Numbered from the stretch's first letter, positions 49,401 through 58,659 are shown. The stretch: 64,000 bases of DNA from Candidatus Cloacimonadales bacterium (GCA_963662585.1 OY759729.1:3168001-3232000), one strand, 5' to 3'. Made by a program: numbers and translations. Notes: generated by a model not told the origin, from the sequence alone.

Positions 49401-52243
49401 TCGGAACTGGTGTAACTTATCAATATGTCTATTTGGATAACTTCTTCATTGAATCAATTCCAACTGGTCCAGCTATTGTTGTGACTCAAGAGACTTTAGA
49501 TTTTGGTAATGTATATTTAAACAGAAGCGGTGTTGCTCAATTGAATATTGAAAACTGGGGTATTGCTCCTTTAGAAGTAGAATTCACACAAGATGGAGAT
49601 GAATTAAGTTTTACTCCTGCAGAAGTAACTATTGAAGCTAATGCTTCTCAAATAGTAACAGTTAATTTAACACCAGAAGCTGAAGGTGACTACACTGGAA
49701 GTTTCAATGTCATATCAAATGATACTAATATTCCTTCTATAGCAGTAGCTACAACTGCTTTCATTTTACCTCCTCTACCTGAGAACATTGCAGTAATTGG
49801 TACTGGAACTGCAACAAATCTTAGTATGCCTGTTGAACCTTATTATGGTTACACTTATTCACAAGTAATCTACTATGCTGGTGAAATTGGTATTCAAGGT
49901 CAAAGAATTGAAAAGATTAGCTGGCATTATAATGGTAATTCAGCTTGGGGTCCTGATGATTTTATTATCTATATGGGACATACTACTATGACTGAATTTG
50001 CCAATAACACTGACTGGATTGATATTTCTGAATTCATGGAAGTTTATAATGGAACTTTGACAACAACTGCTGAAGATGGTTGGATTGAATTTGAATTAGA
50101 TATTCCTTTTGTTTATGATAACACTCAGAACTTAGTTGTTGCTGTAGAAGAAAATACTCAAGGATATCATAGTTCAGCTGATGAATTCTACTGTACTACT
50201 TCAAGCTCAACTAGAGGTATTGTCTATTATAGTGATAGCACAAACCCTGACCCTATAGCACCTCCTGCTGCAAATTATATGAGAGATGCTTATGCTAATA
50301 TTACTTTAGAGTTTGGTGAAATCCCTAATGCTCCAGACTTAACAGTATATCCAATCAACTCAATTTTCGAAATGACTCCTGTAGATGGAACTTCATTAGA
50401 AAAGAATATCACTATGAGATCTATCGGTCTTCAAGATGTAACAATAGCTAGTGCTCCTACTATTACTGGAGATGATGCTGATCAATTTACTATCACAACC
50501 GATAATAATACTTATCCATTAGTATTGCCTTTCAATGATATAGCTACTATTGGAGTTTCCTTAACTCCAACTTCTGAAGGAAGCAAGAATGCAACTATCC
50601 AAATTATTGATAATGCAACTCGTGTTACTCATGAAGTAAGTATTAGTGGCTATGCTTATGCTGATGACGGTAACGATATACCTAATACAGCTACAACTCT
50701 CACTCTTCCAGTAGAAGGAGATACTTATGCAATAATGCCAATTGGTGATATCGATTGGTATAAAATTCCTGCAATGGGTATTGGTGATACTTTATTAGCT
50801 TCTGTTGAAGATGCTGGTGGAACAAGTGTAAGTGCTTCAATGTGGCTCTATGGACCTTTTGCAGATCCAAATGAAATTGTTCCTGCAACATTCCTTGATA
50901 ATGGTTCAAGTATTGACTTTGTCTTACCTCAAAGTGGTGACTATTACTTAAGAGTTGCAAAATCTAATGTTTACCCTCAAGGGGTGAATGCTCCTCTTAA
51001 CAGAAAAAGAGAAAATGGTGATTTAGAAAGATTAGTTAGAGAAGACACAGGATTGTATAATCTATATGTTGATGCTAATTATAACTATTCATTCAATGCT
51101 CCTCTTACTTTAGCTGCAGCTAATCAATCAGGTTATGTTGAATTAACTTGGGTTGAGCCTCCTTATGAAAGATATCTAATTGGCTATAATGTTTATAGAG
51201 ATGGTGCTGTAATTACAGAAGAGATGATTCCTATTGGAACAAATCTCTATCATGATGCTGAAGTTGTAGTTGGTACAGAGTACGATTATTATGTTGTCGG
51301 AATGTATGAAGATCCTGATGGATTCTCTTTACCTTCTAATACAGAAACTATTATTTATTATAATCTCGGAACTCCTTTATGGGGTGATGATTTTGAAGAA
51401 CATCCTGATTTTGCTCTAAATATGCCAAACTGGATTCAATATGATGAAGATGGTGGAAATACTTATAGTATTACAGATGTTGAGTTTGAAAATGCTGGAG
51501 AACCAATGTCTTACATGGTATTCAATCCTGCTTCAACTACTCCACCTGTAGAAGATATGATTCCACAAAGTGGAAGTAAGTTTATCACTTCATTTGCTTC
51601 AACAGAAGGTGTGAATGATGATTGGTTAATTTCTCCAGCTATTACTGTTGGAACAACTACAGTTGTATCATTCTATGCTAAGAGTTATACTGCTGATTAT
51701 GGCTTAGAAAGATTCGCAGTTAAGATGTCTCTTGGAGGTTCTGCAATAAGTAACTTCCAATACTCACTTCACCAAGGTGTTGAATATTTAGAAGCTCCAA
51801 CAGAATGGACTCTTTATCATTTCAATGTTAGTGCCTTAACTGGTACCACAGTTAGATTCGCTATACAATGTGTTTCTGCTAATGCTTTCATCTTTATGGT
51901 AGATAACTTTAGAGTTGATTCTACTGATGATGGAGTAGATAATGAAGAAGTTGAAGATATTCCACAAGTTAATGCTTTAGCTCAAAACTATCCTAATCCA
52001 TTCAATCCTGAAACATCAATAGCTTTCAGTATGAAAGAAGCTGGTCGTGTAACAGTTGATGTCTACAATGTTAAAGGACAGAAGGTTAAAACTCTCGTAG
52101 ATGAGTATAGACAAGCTGGAAACCATAGCGTTGTTTGGAATGGAAGAGATGAAAATAATAGTAAAGTTGCTTCAGGCGTCTATCTCTACAAAATGAGAAA
52201 TGGCAAATTTAGTTCAACTAAGAAAATGATTCTTATGAAATAA
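46442..52243 (+). CDS. Giant secreted adhesin-like protein B, paralogue of A with one extra about 264-aa module
   Basis: Same architecture; GYDAMIYDFPH(L/F)EGFED occurs twice (792 bp apart) versus once in A; ATG 46442 after AGGAG. Confidence 0.85.
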   Translation: MRKKLFFVTILMLLMASLSAIYVEIGTGTTTTNYIPAYGFYDYGWSRSIYLQSELINEMEITTISYNVGNTPAGYIMENQSYYIKHTTDSSITSTDYVDPTTDDSYELVFSGNITYNGGGWHDIILDTAFDYNGTDNLEILVINNDGSYTTGYPNFYTSPATPERAVYKYADNTFPTTAGTLFAGYPNIRFHFTAEGEPNMATLTAPENNSFSLEAPIDLTWTNGENTDWVKVYFSSLAEEVATMDANALLADNYTQQSYTVDDLDALTTYYWKIVSGNNTTEFLASTSVWSFTTSAADGSIVIGNGQEINTHLPMEPYYGYTISQSIYDQEWLNVDDQRIEQVSYYYNGNSAWTEDNVQVYLGHTELDEFSDGSSWLPLSDLVLVYDGPLSVTTEEGWVTIPLTVPFNYNNTDNLVIAFESNTQGYSSSGDEFYGTTTNGNKSLWYYSDSVNSDFITPADGTITSVIPNILLTMGDIPTTPQLMVTPDEYSWENTIIHTSANTVTFSMRNTGLGILGINSVTIDQDVDFILTDNNTYPLSITDEVAQFTVTFHPLTVGDFEANITINDAEIGDTVIPLTGTGYDAMIYDFPHLEGFEDTAVGELPQDWNRIINSTNAYTTVAVIASNPYEGAQSLRFYNSSDLEAEVFAITPPISGLTTKRIRFQAKASDENTELKIGVCDSNNDMENFEEIQTLTLTTEYQEYFVSLNVEDDSNQFIVFRADSFLNTYDYIYIDDISIEEMPTGPVTLITPLAWDYPETILNSSSQAIFNIRNIGFGTLTINSIVLDQETDFILVDENEYPLEITSQIVPIGVNFHPLTEGDFTANLTITDSEGTATVIPLTGTGYDAMIYDFPHFEGFEDYETNAIPQDWSVVTNSTSTYATANVFTTAYEGTKGFRFYNSADPEAEITALTPPVNDLTSRRIRFMGKASTAGVGLIIGTASNNSGDINFTARDTVYFTTDFMQFQHGFADANEDDQFIALKFLGTGVTYQYVYLDNFFIESIPTGPAIVVTQETLDFGNVYLNRSGVAQLNIENWGIAPLEVEFTQDGDELSFTPAEVTIEANASQIVTVNLTPEAEGDYTGSFNVISNDTNIPSIAVATTAFILPPLPENIAVIGTGTATNLSMPVEPYYGYTYSQVIYYAGEIGIQGQRIEKISWHYNGNSAWGPDDFIIYMGHTTMTEFANNTDWIDISEFMEVYNGTLTTTAEDGWIEFELDIPFVYDNTQNLVVAVEENTQGYHSSADEFYCTTSSSTRGIVYYSDSTNPDPIAPPAANYMRDAYANITLEFGEIPNAPDLTVYPINSIFEMTPVDGTSLEKNITMRSIGLQDVTIASAPTITGDDADQFTITTDNNTYPLVLPFNDIATIGVSLTPTSEGSKNATIQIIDNATRVTHEVSISGYAYADDGNDIPNTATTLTLPVEGDTYAIMPIGDIDWYKIPAMGIGDTLLASVEDAGGTSVSASMWLYGPFADPNEIVPATFLDNGSSIDFVLPQSGDYYLRVAKSNVYPQGVNAPLNRKRENGDLERLVREDTGLYNLYVDANYNYSFNAPLTLAAANQSGYVELTWVEPPYERYLIGYNVYRDGAVITEEMIPIGTNLYHDAEVVVGTEYDYYVVGMYEDPDGFSLPSNTETIIYYNLGTPLWGDDFEEHPDFALNMPNWIQYDEDGGNTYSITDVEFENAGEPMSYMVFNPASTTPPVEDMIPQSGSKFITSFASTEGVNDDWLISPAITVGTTTVVSFYAKSYTADYGLERFAVKMSLGGSAISNFQYSLHQGVEYLEAPTEWTLYHFNVSALTGTTVRFAIQCVSANAFIFMVDNFRVDSTDDGVDNEEVEDIPQVNALAQNYPNPFNPETSIAFSMKEAGRVTVDVYNVKGQKVKTLVDEYRQAGNHSVVWNGRDENNSKVASGVYLYKMRNGKFSSTKKMILMK

Positions 52244-52370
52244 AAAACTAGGAATTCCCACTGGGAGTGCCTTCATTTTGAAGGCATCTTAAATGGAAAG
52301 CCTTGCAGCTTTGCAGGCATTGTCCTAGATACAAATATGAAAGCCCTACAGAAATGTAGGGCTATTTTTT
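49748..52370 (+). repeat. About 2.6-kb near-identical direct repeat, copy 2
   Basis: Matches 43536-46158. Confidence 0.92.
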
Positions 52371-52372
52371 TT
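52342..52372 (+). terminator. Intrinsic terminator
   Basis: AGCCCTACA-gaaa-TGTAGGGCT-ATTTTTTTT. Confidence 0.88.
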
Positions 52373-52409
52373 AATCCTTGAAATGGCTCTAATAAAGGCT
52401 TTTAATAAG

Positions 52410-52429
52410 TTGTAACTCTGAAGTTACAA
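52410..52429. promoter_or_regulatory. Perfect palindromic operator candidate upstream of the TrmB-family gene
   Basis: TTGTAACT-ctga-AGTTACAA, ending 7 bp before a TTGACT hexamer (52437). Confidence 0.65.
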
Positions 52430-52493
52430 AAATAAGTTGACTTAAAATAAATAATCTTAAATACTTGTCTTAGATAGTAAAAAGGGAGAAAAA

Positions 52494-53315
52494 ATGCCTG
52501 ATATTATTGAAAGATTAATTAATGTGGGATTAACGAAATATGAAGCTAGTGTATATTATACTCTACTTCAAAACCCAGATTTATCTGCCACGGAAGTAGC
52601 AAATCTGGCTAAAGTTCCAAGAACTAGAGTTTATGAAGTAATCAATTTACTTCATGATAAAGGCTTTTGTAAAAAGTCTGATGATGAAAAAATTAAAAAA
52701 TTTAATGCAATTAATCCGCGATTCGCCTTTAACAATCTATTAGAAAAGAACAAACAGGATTATACCAAGAGTGTGAAGAGCATAAATCTATTATCTGAAG
52801 AATTAGAACCAATCTTCGAACTATCTAAAGAGGAAGCTGAAGACCCATCTAAACATATTGAGGTGATTGTAGGAAATAATGAAATTTTAGAAAAGATCAA
52901 TGAATATGGAAAAGATGTTAAAGAAGAAATTCTTACAATGAATAAAGCTCCTTATGTGATAGACTTCTCCGCTGTTCAAAAAAGAGGTAAAGTTGCATAT
53001 TTCCCCGGCTTAAAGTACAAGTTTGTTACAGAAAAAGCTGATATTAATAATGAAGATTTCGTTCATTTCTTGCAGTTATGGGAAGATGTAGGTGCTGAAG
53101 TTAGAGTGGTCGATGAAGTTCATACCAAGCTTATCGTATTAGACAAGAAAAGAGTTATATTAAGTATAGCAAGTAAAAATACGGAATTGAATACACACAC
53201 TTCAATGTTCATTGATAATTCTCAATTAGCGAAGATGTATGTCAAGACCTTTCATAGTTATTTTGATGAGGGAATACCTCTCAAAACTTATTTAAAAACA
53301 ATTAAAGGAGAATAA
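52494..53315 (+). CDS. TrmB family transcriptional regulator
   Basis: GLTKYEASVYYTLL...ATEVANLAKVPRTRVYEVINLLHDKGF; C-terminal KLIVLDKKRV domain. Confidence 0.9.
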   Translation: MPDIIERLINVGLTKYEASVYYTLLQNPDLSATEVANLAKVPRTRVYEVINLLHDKGFCKKSDDEKIKKFNAINPRFAFNNLLEKNKQDYTKSVKSINLLSEELEPIFELSKEEAEDPSKHIEVIVGNNEILEKINEYGKDVKEEILTMNKAPYVIDFSAVQKRGKVAYFPGLKYKFVTEKADINNEDFVHFLQLWEDVGAEVRVVDEVHTKLIVLDKKRVILSIASKNTELNTHTSMFIDNSQLAKMYVKTFHSYFDEGIPLKTYLKTIKGE

Positions 53316-53319
53316 TAAA

Positions 53320-56300
53320 ATGAAAAGAGTAAGTATTGTACTATTTTTAATGCTTTTATCATCTTTAGTATTTGCCCAAGAGGTTAAAACTATTGATAAT
53401 ACGGGTAATGGTGATTATTTAACAATTTCCGAGGGAATTAACTTCGTTAATGCTTTAACAGAAATTCCGACTGGTGGAGTGATTTTAAATATCACATCAG
53501 ATCAATCTTTTACAGAAACTTTACCTGCAATTACATTTGTTGGTACATTTGAGAGTCCTCTAATGATCCAAAAATCAGGAGAGGGAGCTGATCCAATAAT
53601 ATTTAATGAAACACTTGATAATGTTGTATTCAATTTCTCTTCAGCTAGTTACATCACGGTCGATGGTATTCATATTAAAGACCCCAATACAGCAAATGAA
53701 GATAAGTATTTAACTGGCTTTCTCCTTGATTCAAGTTCAAATATTACTATCAAAAACTGTGTAATACAAGATTTTAATAAATATGGAATTAAAACTTCAA
53801 GCGCAACAACCAATATTTCTATTACAGATAACAACTTATTCTATAGTGAAGATTTTTATACTTCAGAAACAACAGTTTATGGAATTCAGGTAGCTTATAA
53901 CTCAGGAGCAGAAAATGTAGATGTTTTAAGAAATCGTATTCATGGTATCAAAGAATCCACTTCAACCATTTATGGTATAGACTTCAACCAAGTGACTGGT
54001 ATTGCTGCGAACAATATTGTTTCTTTACCTGATGATAACAATGATAAAGTTTTTGGTATGAGAGTAGTTGGAAGAGCCGATAGAACTATCCAATGCTACT
54101 ATAACACTGTTCATCTTGCGGGAATCGCCACTGATCAAGGTTACGCAATTAATATTTCAGGTGGTGCAGGTGATGTTATAATTAAGAATAATATTTTTAT
54201 AAATAACAGAACTGAACTTGAACAATATGCTATTTGGTATGGCTTTGCTCAACCTGGTGTTCAACTTGATAACAATATTTATTTTTCCGGAAGTCAGAAT
54301 GGATTTTATGGTAGATTAGTTTCTGCTGAATATCTTCTATTACCAGAATGGCAAACAGAGACTAGTTTGGATAATCTTTCTAAAGTCTATTTACCTGAAT
54401 TTGAGTCTGTTGCAGAGGGTGAATTACATCTTTCTGGAAACTCTTTAGGGAATCAAGAATTAATAGCTACTCCAATTGTTTTTGTTGAGGATGATTTTGA
54501 TAGTGAATTAAGACATGCATCTTATCCTTATTGTGGTGCTGATGAGAACTTAGACAATCCTTTAGTTTCTCTCTTAGAATCAGAATATGTTATTGATAAC
54601 ACAGGTAATGGTGATTTTGCCTCTTTTGAAGAAGCAATTATAGCATTAAACAGTGGTATTATCCCTGAAGGTGGAGTTACTTTCAATGTACTTGCTGGAC
54701 AAATCTTTACAGATTCCTTATCAGCTATTACAGCAATAGGTGATGAAGCTAGTCCTATTATTTTCCAGAAGTCTGGTGAAGGAAGTAATCCTCTAATTGA
54801 CTATAATTATCTTGAAGGAAGTGTTATTGAATTTAATGGTGCTCAGTATATTACATTTGATAGTATAGATGTTACAGATACTAATGCTGATGAGATTAAT
54901 TATGATAGGGCATATTATATTTATGCATCTAACAATATTACTATTCAAAACTGTAATATTTCTAACTTTGGTGGATATGGTATTCATGTAAAAGAAGCTT
55001 CTCAAAACAATACTATTCACAACAATAATATCTTCTATACAGCTGAATATTATACTCCTGAAGCTTCTGTCTATGGTGTATTTGTTCAATATAATTCAGA
55101 AGCAGATAATGCAGTTATTACCAATAACAAGATTTACGGACTTAAAGAAGCGGGGGCAAATGTCTATTCTATTAGAATCCAAAAAGTAAGTGCTGATGTG
55201 ATAAATAACTTTATTTCTGTCACTGATGATAATAATGATAAAGTCTTTGGTTTAAGATTAGATGCTGGTTATTCAGCAATGACTATTAATGTCTATAATA
55301 ATACTGTATTATTAGCAGGACTTGCTACTGACCATGATTATTGTGTTCAGAAAACAGGAACAGATGGGGTAATTAATTTAAAGAATAACATCTTTATTAA
55401 TAGAAGAAGTGGTGACTTTGATCATCAAGTGATAAGTTATACATTTGGAAGCGGAACATGGAATGCTGATGATAACGCTTATTATAGCGAGAATGGTTCA
55501 ATTGGATCTTGGATTAACACCGAGTGCGAAGATTTACTTGCATGGCAAACAACTTCTTCTACTGATGCTAATACTACTGTTTTTGATGCTGAATTTGTTT
55601 CTAACACTGACTTACATCTCAGCAATACTTCTTTAGGAGAATTTGCACTTGCTGGTAATCCAATTGCAGGTGTAGAGTATGATATTGATGGTCAACTAAG
55701 ACATCTTGTTAACCCCTATAAAGGTGCTGATGAGAACTTAGAATTTCCCCTAAATCCTGAAGATCAGTATGCTATTTCTCTCAATACTAATAATTTAGAT
55801 TTCGGTACAATGTATGCTGGTAATGGCGAAAGTATTTTAAATTTCAATATTTTAAATGCTGGAGTTTTAAACCTAGAAATCTCAGAAATTACTGCTCCTC
55901 AATATTTCAATTTACAATATGCCAGTGAAGAGTGGAATCATTCCTTAACTAACATTAGTCTAGCTCCTGCAGAAACAGCAGTTATTCAAGTTAAATATGC
56001 TAACAATGTTGTAGGAACAGTAATGGATAGTCTTTTAATTGCTTCTAATGCAGTAGCAGACCCTCAACTATTTCTTTCCTTAACTGCTAATTCAATTCAA
56101 GCTGAAATTGAGCTTAGTGCAGATACCATTGAATTACCAGCTACTATAAATGGTAATAATTCTGCTCTTAGAAGTATTCAGCTTATTAATGTATACGAAA
56201 TGCCTGTTAATATTGATTATATTTCTGTTTCTGACAACTTCTTAGTTGGACTAAATGGAGAAGTTGATGGACAGACTTTAAGTAATCTTGTTCTAGAAGA

Positions 56301-58206
56301 CACATTAACTATTAGTGTAGCTATGAATTTTACTGAAAGTGGAACTCATACTGGCGAATTAGAAATTCACAGTCAGCTTTTGCACGGTGATGATCAAGGT
56401 GAAATTGTTTCTCTTACTGGTGAAACTTACTCTTTTGGTTTTGAAGACATTGAGGCAGGAATGATAGGCTTCTGGCAAAGTGAAACAGAAGCAGGTGATT
56501 ATGATAATGATGGTGATTATGATATTTTAGCAACAGGTTATGTTTTAGATGGTACTTCATCTGCCATTGCTATTTATAAGAATAATGGAAATGGAGATTT
56601 TGAAAGAATCAATCTTGGACTTCAAGGAACTGGCTTCGGTTGTGTTGATTGGATTGATGTTGATAATGATAACGATCTTGACATCTATACTGCTGGACAA
56701 TACCAAACTGATAACTATATCAGTAAAATGTATGTTCTTGAAGATGGAATTTATACTGAAGTTGAAACAAACTTACCAGCTTTAAAAGGTTCCAACACTG
56801 ATTGGAAAGACTATAATGGTGACGGCTTATTAGATGTTTTATATAATGGTGTATTAGATCTGGAAATTGGTGATGTTGATTATACCAGAATTTATATCAA
56901 TCAAGGTAACTATCAATTTGAGATGATTGCACCTGAAATTCATCAAATATCAAGCGGTGATGCTAAATTTGCAGATTATAACAACGATGGCTTACTAGAT
57001 ATTGCTACTGCTGGTAGAGTAGATAGTTGGGATTGGAGAGTCTCTGTTTGGAGAAATGATGGTAATGATGAGTTCACAGAGATTGATCTAGGAATCGAAG
57101 GTGTTCGTTACACTGTTGTGGAATGGGCTGACTATAATAATGATGGACTGATGGATTTATTCATAACAGGTTCAATCGATAATGAAGTACCATCCACATT
57201 ATATATTCTTAGAAATGACGGGAATGATACTTTTACTAATATTAATCTTCCTGAAAATGAAACTTATATTGCTGGCATCCGACAAGGTGATATGAAAATT
57301 CATGATTTAAACTCAGACGGACTTGTTGATATTATTGTGAATGGTGTACAAAATGTTGAATGGTGGACAGGACAGATTCATCTTAATCAAGGAAATGATA
57401 ACTTTGTTTATGCTGATAGCTTAGTTGCTCTTAAATACGGTGAACTTACCATGATTGATTACAACGGTGATATGAAAAGTGATGTCTTACTTACCGGAAG
57501 ATATGACTATCAAGACTACTATTGCAATATCTATGAAAACCAAACCGAACTCACTAATACTGCTCCTCAAGCTCCAACAATGATTACTGCTGAAGTAGAA
57601 GATGATGTTGTTACTTTAGAATGGGGAATGGGTAGTGATGCTGAAACTCCTCAACTTGGTCTTTCTTATAATATCAAGGTTGGTACTGTCTCAGGTGGAA
57701 ATGATATCTTTAGCTCAATGGCTACAGATGATGGCTTCTTATTAAAACCACATCAAGGTAATATGCTCAATAGTCTCGGCTGTATGATTAATAATCTTCA
57801 AAATGGTACTTATTACGCTTCTGTTCAAGCTATTGATAACTCAAGCGTCGGTTCTGCTTTTAGTGGCGAGATTAGCTTTGAAATCACTAATGGTGTTGTG
57901 AGTAATGAAGACTCAAACACAGTCCCAATGATTACTAGATTAAATCCTAACTATCCAAATCCATTCAATCCAGAAACTACTATATCTTTCGATTTAAACA
58001 AGAACCAAAATGTTAAATTAGAAATATATAATGTTAAAGGACAGAAAGTAAAAACTCTTTGCAATGATAACCTTAAAGCAGGAAATCATAAGTATATCTG
58101 GAATGGAAGAGACCAAAATAACAGAAAGGTCGCTTCAGGAGTCTACTTCGCAAAAATGACTTCAAAGAGCCTTAATAAAACTCAAAAAATGATCCTAATG
58201 AAATAA
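53320..58206 (+). CDS. Giant secreted protein: two tandem beta-helix units, Ig-like domains, FG-GAP/VCBS repeats, FN3-like domain, T9SS-type CTD
   Basis: Signal peptide; IDNTGNGD...GADENL unit twice; GDYDNDGDYDI, DYNGDGLLDV, DYNNDGLLDI etc.; NYPNPFNPET...QKMILMK. Confidence 0.85.
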   Translation: MKRVSIVLFLMLLSSLVFAQEVKTIDNTGNGDYLTISEGINFVNALTEIPTGGVILNITSDQSFTETLPAITFVGTFESPLMIQKSGEGADPIIFNETLDNVVFNFSSASYITVDGIHIKDPNTANEDKYLTGFLLDSSSNITIKNCVIQDFNKYGIKTSSATTNISITDNNLFYSEDFYTSETTVYGIQVAYNSGAENVDVLRNRIHGIKESTSTIYGIDFNQVTGIAANNIVSLPDDNNDKVFGMRVVGRADRTIQCYYNTVHLAGIATDQGYAINISGGAGDVIIKNNIFINNRTELEQYAIWYGFAQPGVQLDNNIYFSGSQNGFYGRLVSAEYLLLPEWQTETSLDNLSKVYLPEFESVAEGELHLSGNSLGNQELIATPIVFVEDDFDSELRHASYPYCGADENLDNPLVSLLESEYVIDNTGNGDFASFEEAIIALNSGIIPEGGVTFNVLAGQIFTDSLSAITAIGDEASPIIFQKSGEGSNPLIDYNYLEGSVIEFNGAQYITFDSIDVTDTNADEINYDRAYYIYASNNITIQNCNISNFGGYGIHVKEASQNNTIHNNNIFYTAEYYTPEASVYGVFVQYNSEADNAVITNNKIYGLKEAGANVYSIRIQKVSADVINNFISVTDDNNDKVFGLRLDAGYSAMTINVYNNTVLLAGLATDHDYCVQKTGTDGVINLKNNIFINRRSGDFDHQVISYTFGSGTWNADDNAYYSENGSIGSWINTECEDLLAWQTTSSTDANTTVFDAEFVSNTDLHLSNTSLGEFALAGNPIAGVEYDIDGQLRHLVNPYKGADENLEFPLNPEDQYAISLNTNNLDFGTMYAGNGESILNFNILNAGVLNLEISEITAPQYFNLQYASEEWNHSLTNISLAPAETAVIQVKYANNVVGTVMDSLLIASNAVADPQLFLSLTANSIQAEIELSADTIELPATINGNNSALRSIQLINVYEMPVNIDYISVSDNFLVGLNGEVDGQTLSNLVLEDTLTISVAMNFTESGTHTGELEIHSQLLHGDDQGEIVSLTGETYSFGFEDIEAGMIGFWQSETEAGDYDNDGDYDILATGYVLDGTSSAIAIYKNNGNGDFERINLGLQGTGFGCVDWIDVDNDNDLDIYTAGQYQTDNYISKMYVLEDGIYTEVETNLPALKGSNTDWKDYNGDGLLDVLYNGVLDLEIGDVDYTRIYINQGNYQFEMIAPEIHQISSGDAKFADYNNDGLLDIATAGRVDSWDWRVSVWRNDGNDEFTEIDLGIEGVRYTVVEWADYNNDGLMDLFITGSIDNEVPSTLYILRNDGNDTFTNINLPENETYIAGIRQGDMKIHDLNSDGLVDIIVNGVQNVEWWTGQIHLNQGNDNFVYADSLVALKYGELTMIDYNGDMKSDVLLTGRYDYQDYYCNIYENQTELTNTAPQAPTMITAEVEDDVVTLEWGMGSDAETPQLGLSYNIKVGTVSGGNDIFSSMATDDGFLLKPHQGNMLNSLGCMINNLQNGTYYASVQAIDNSSVGSAFSGEISFEITNGVVSNEDSNTVPMITRLNPNYPNPFNPETTISFDLNKNQNVKLEIYNVKGQKVKTLCNDNLKAGNHKYIWNGRDQNNRKVASGVYFAKMTSKSLNKTQKMILMK

Positions 58207-58234
58207 ATCTCATTCATAACAAGTAAACATAAGC

Positions 58235-58271
58235 AAGAAGCCTCACAGAAATGTGGGGCTTTCTTTTTTTT
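58235..58271 (+). terminator. Intrinsic terminator
   Basis: AGAAGCCTCACA-gaaa-TGTGGGGCTTTC-TTTTTTTT. Confidence 0.88.
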
Positions 58272-58340
58272 ACAAGAAGACATAAGAAGTCGCAAAATCA
58301 TGTCTTTACTTATCTTCTGTCATCATTTTCTCCTCTTTTA

Positions 58341-58404
58341 TTGCACCTTATCACTCATGTCATTGATTATTCAAATATTGTTTGTGATCTCTATGAAGGA
58401 GCAG
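58341..58404 (+). repeat. 64-bp dispersed element, copy E3
   Basis: 46/64 identical to reverse complement of E2, ungapped (manual count). Confidence 0.78.
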
Positions 58405-58659
58405 AGGAAGACCATTTATTGGGCATCAAGAAATAAGCAAGTGATGGAATAAATAACTTAGATTCTTTTACTTTTTCAATCATAAAATAGTGGAAGAATT
58501 TTTGTAAGTAAAAAAATGAAAAGGTAATTTTAAGCATTAGTTTCAAAGAGAAAAAATCTTAAAAAGTAACAAAAAGCAAAAAGGAAATCACAAAAAAACA
58601 TTAAAAAATGGCGATATAAAAGGGTGCAGAATAAAAAGTTAAAAAAAAGAAAAAAATAT

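Noticed and set aside
44488..50960. Twin 86-aa minus-strand ORFs (44488-44748, 50700-50960) and the other short antisense or off-frame ORFs inside long genes
   Set aside because: Their duplication just reflects the 2.6-kb repeat; no RBS or family motifs seen.
43536..52370. Diversity-generating retroelement TR/VR pair (also considered for 16547/21191)
   Set aside because: Differences are mostly synonymous and not adenine-specific, both copies are coding, and no reverse transcriptase is in the window.
40227..58400. tRNA-integrated genomic island
   Set aside because: No integrase and no duplicated tRNA 3' end found downstream; base composition looks similar to the flanks.
58251..58436. 61-aa ORF
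   Set aside because: Starts inside a terminator hairpin and spans the 64-bp element; no RBS.
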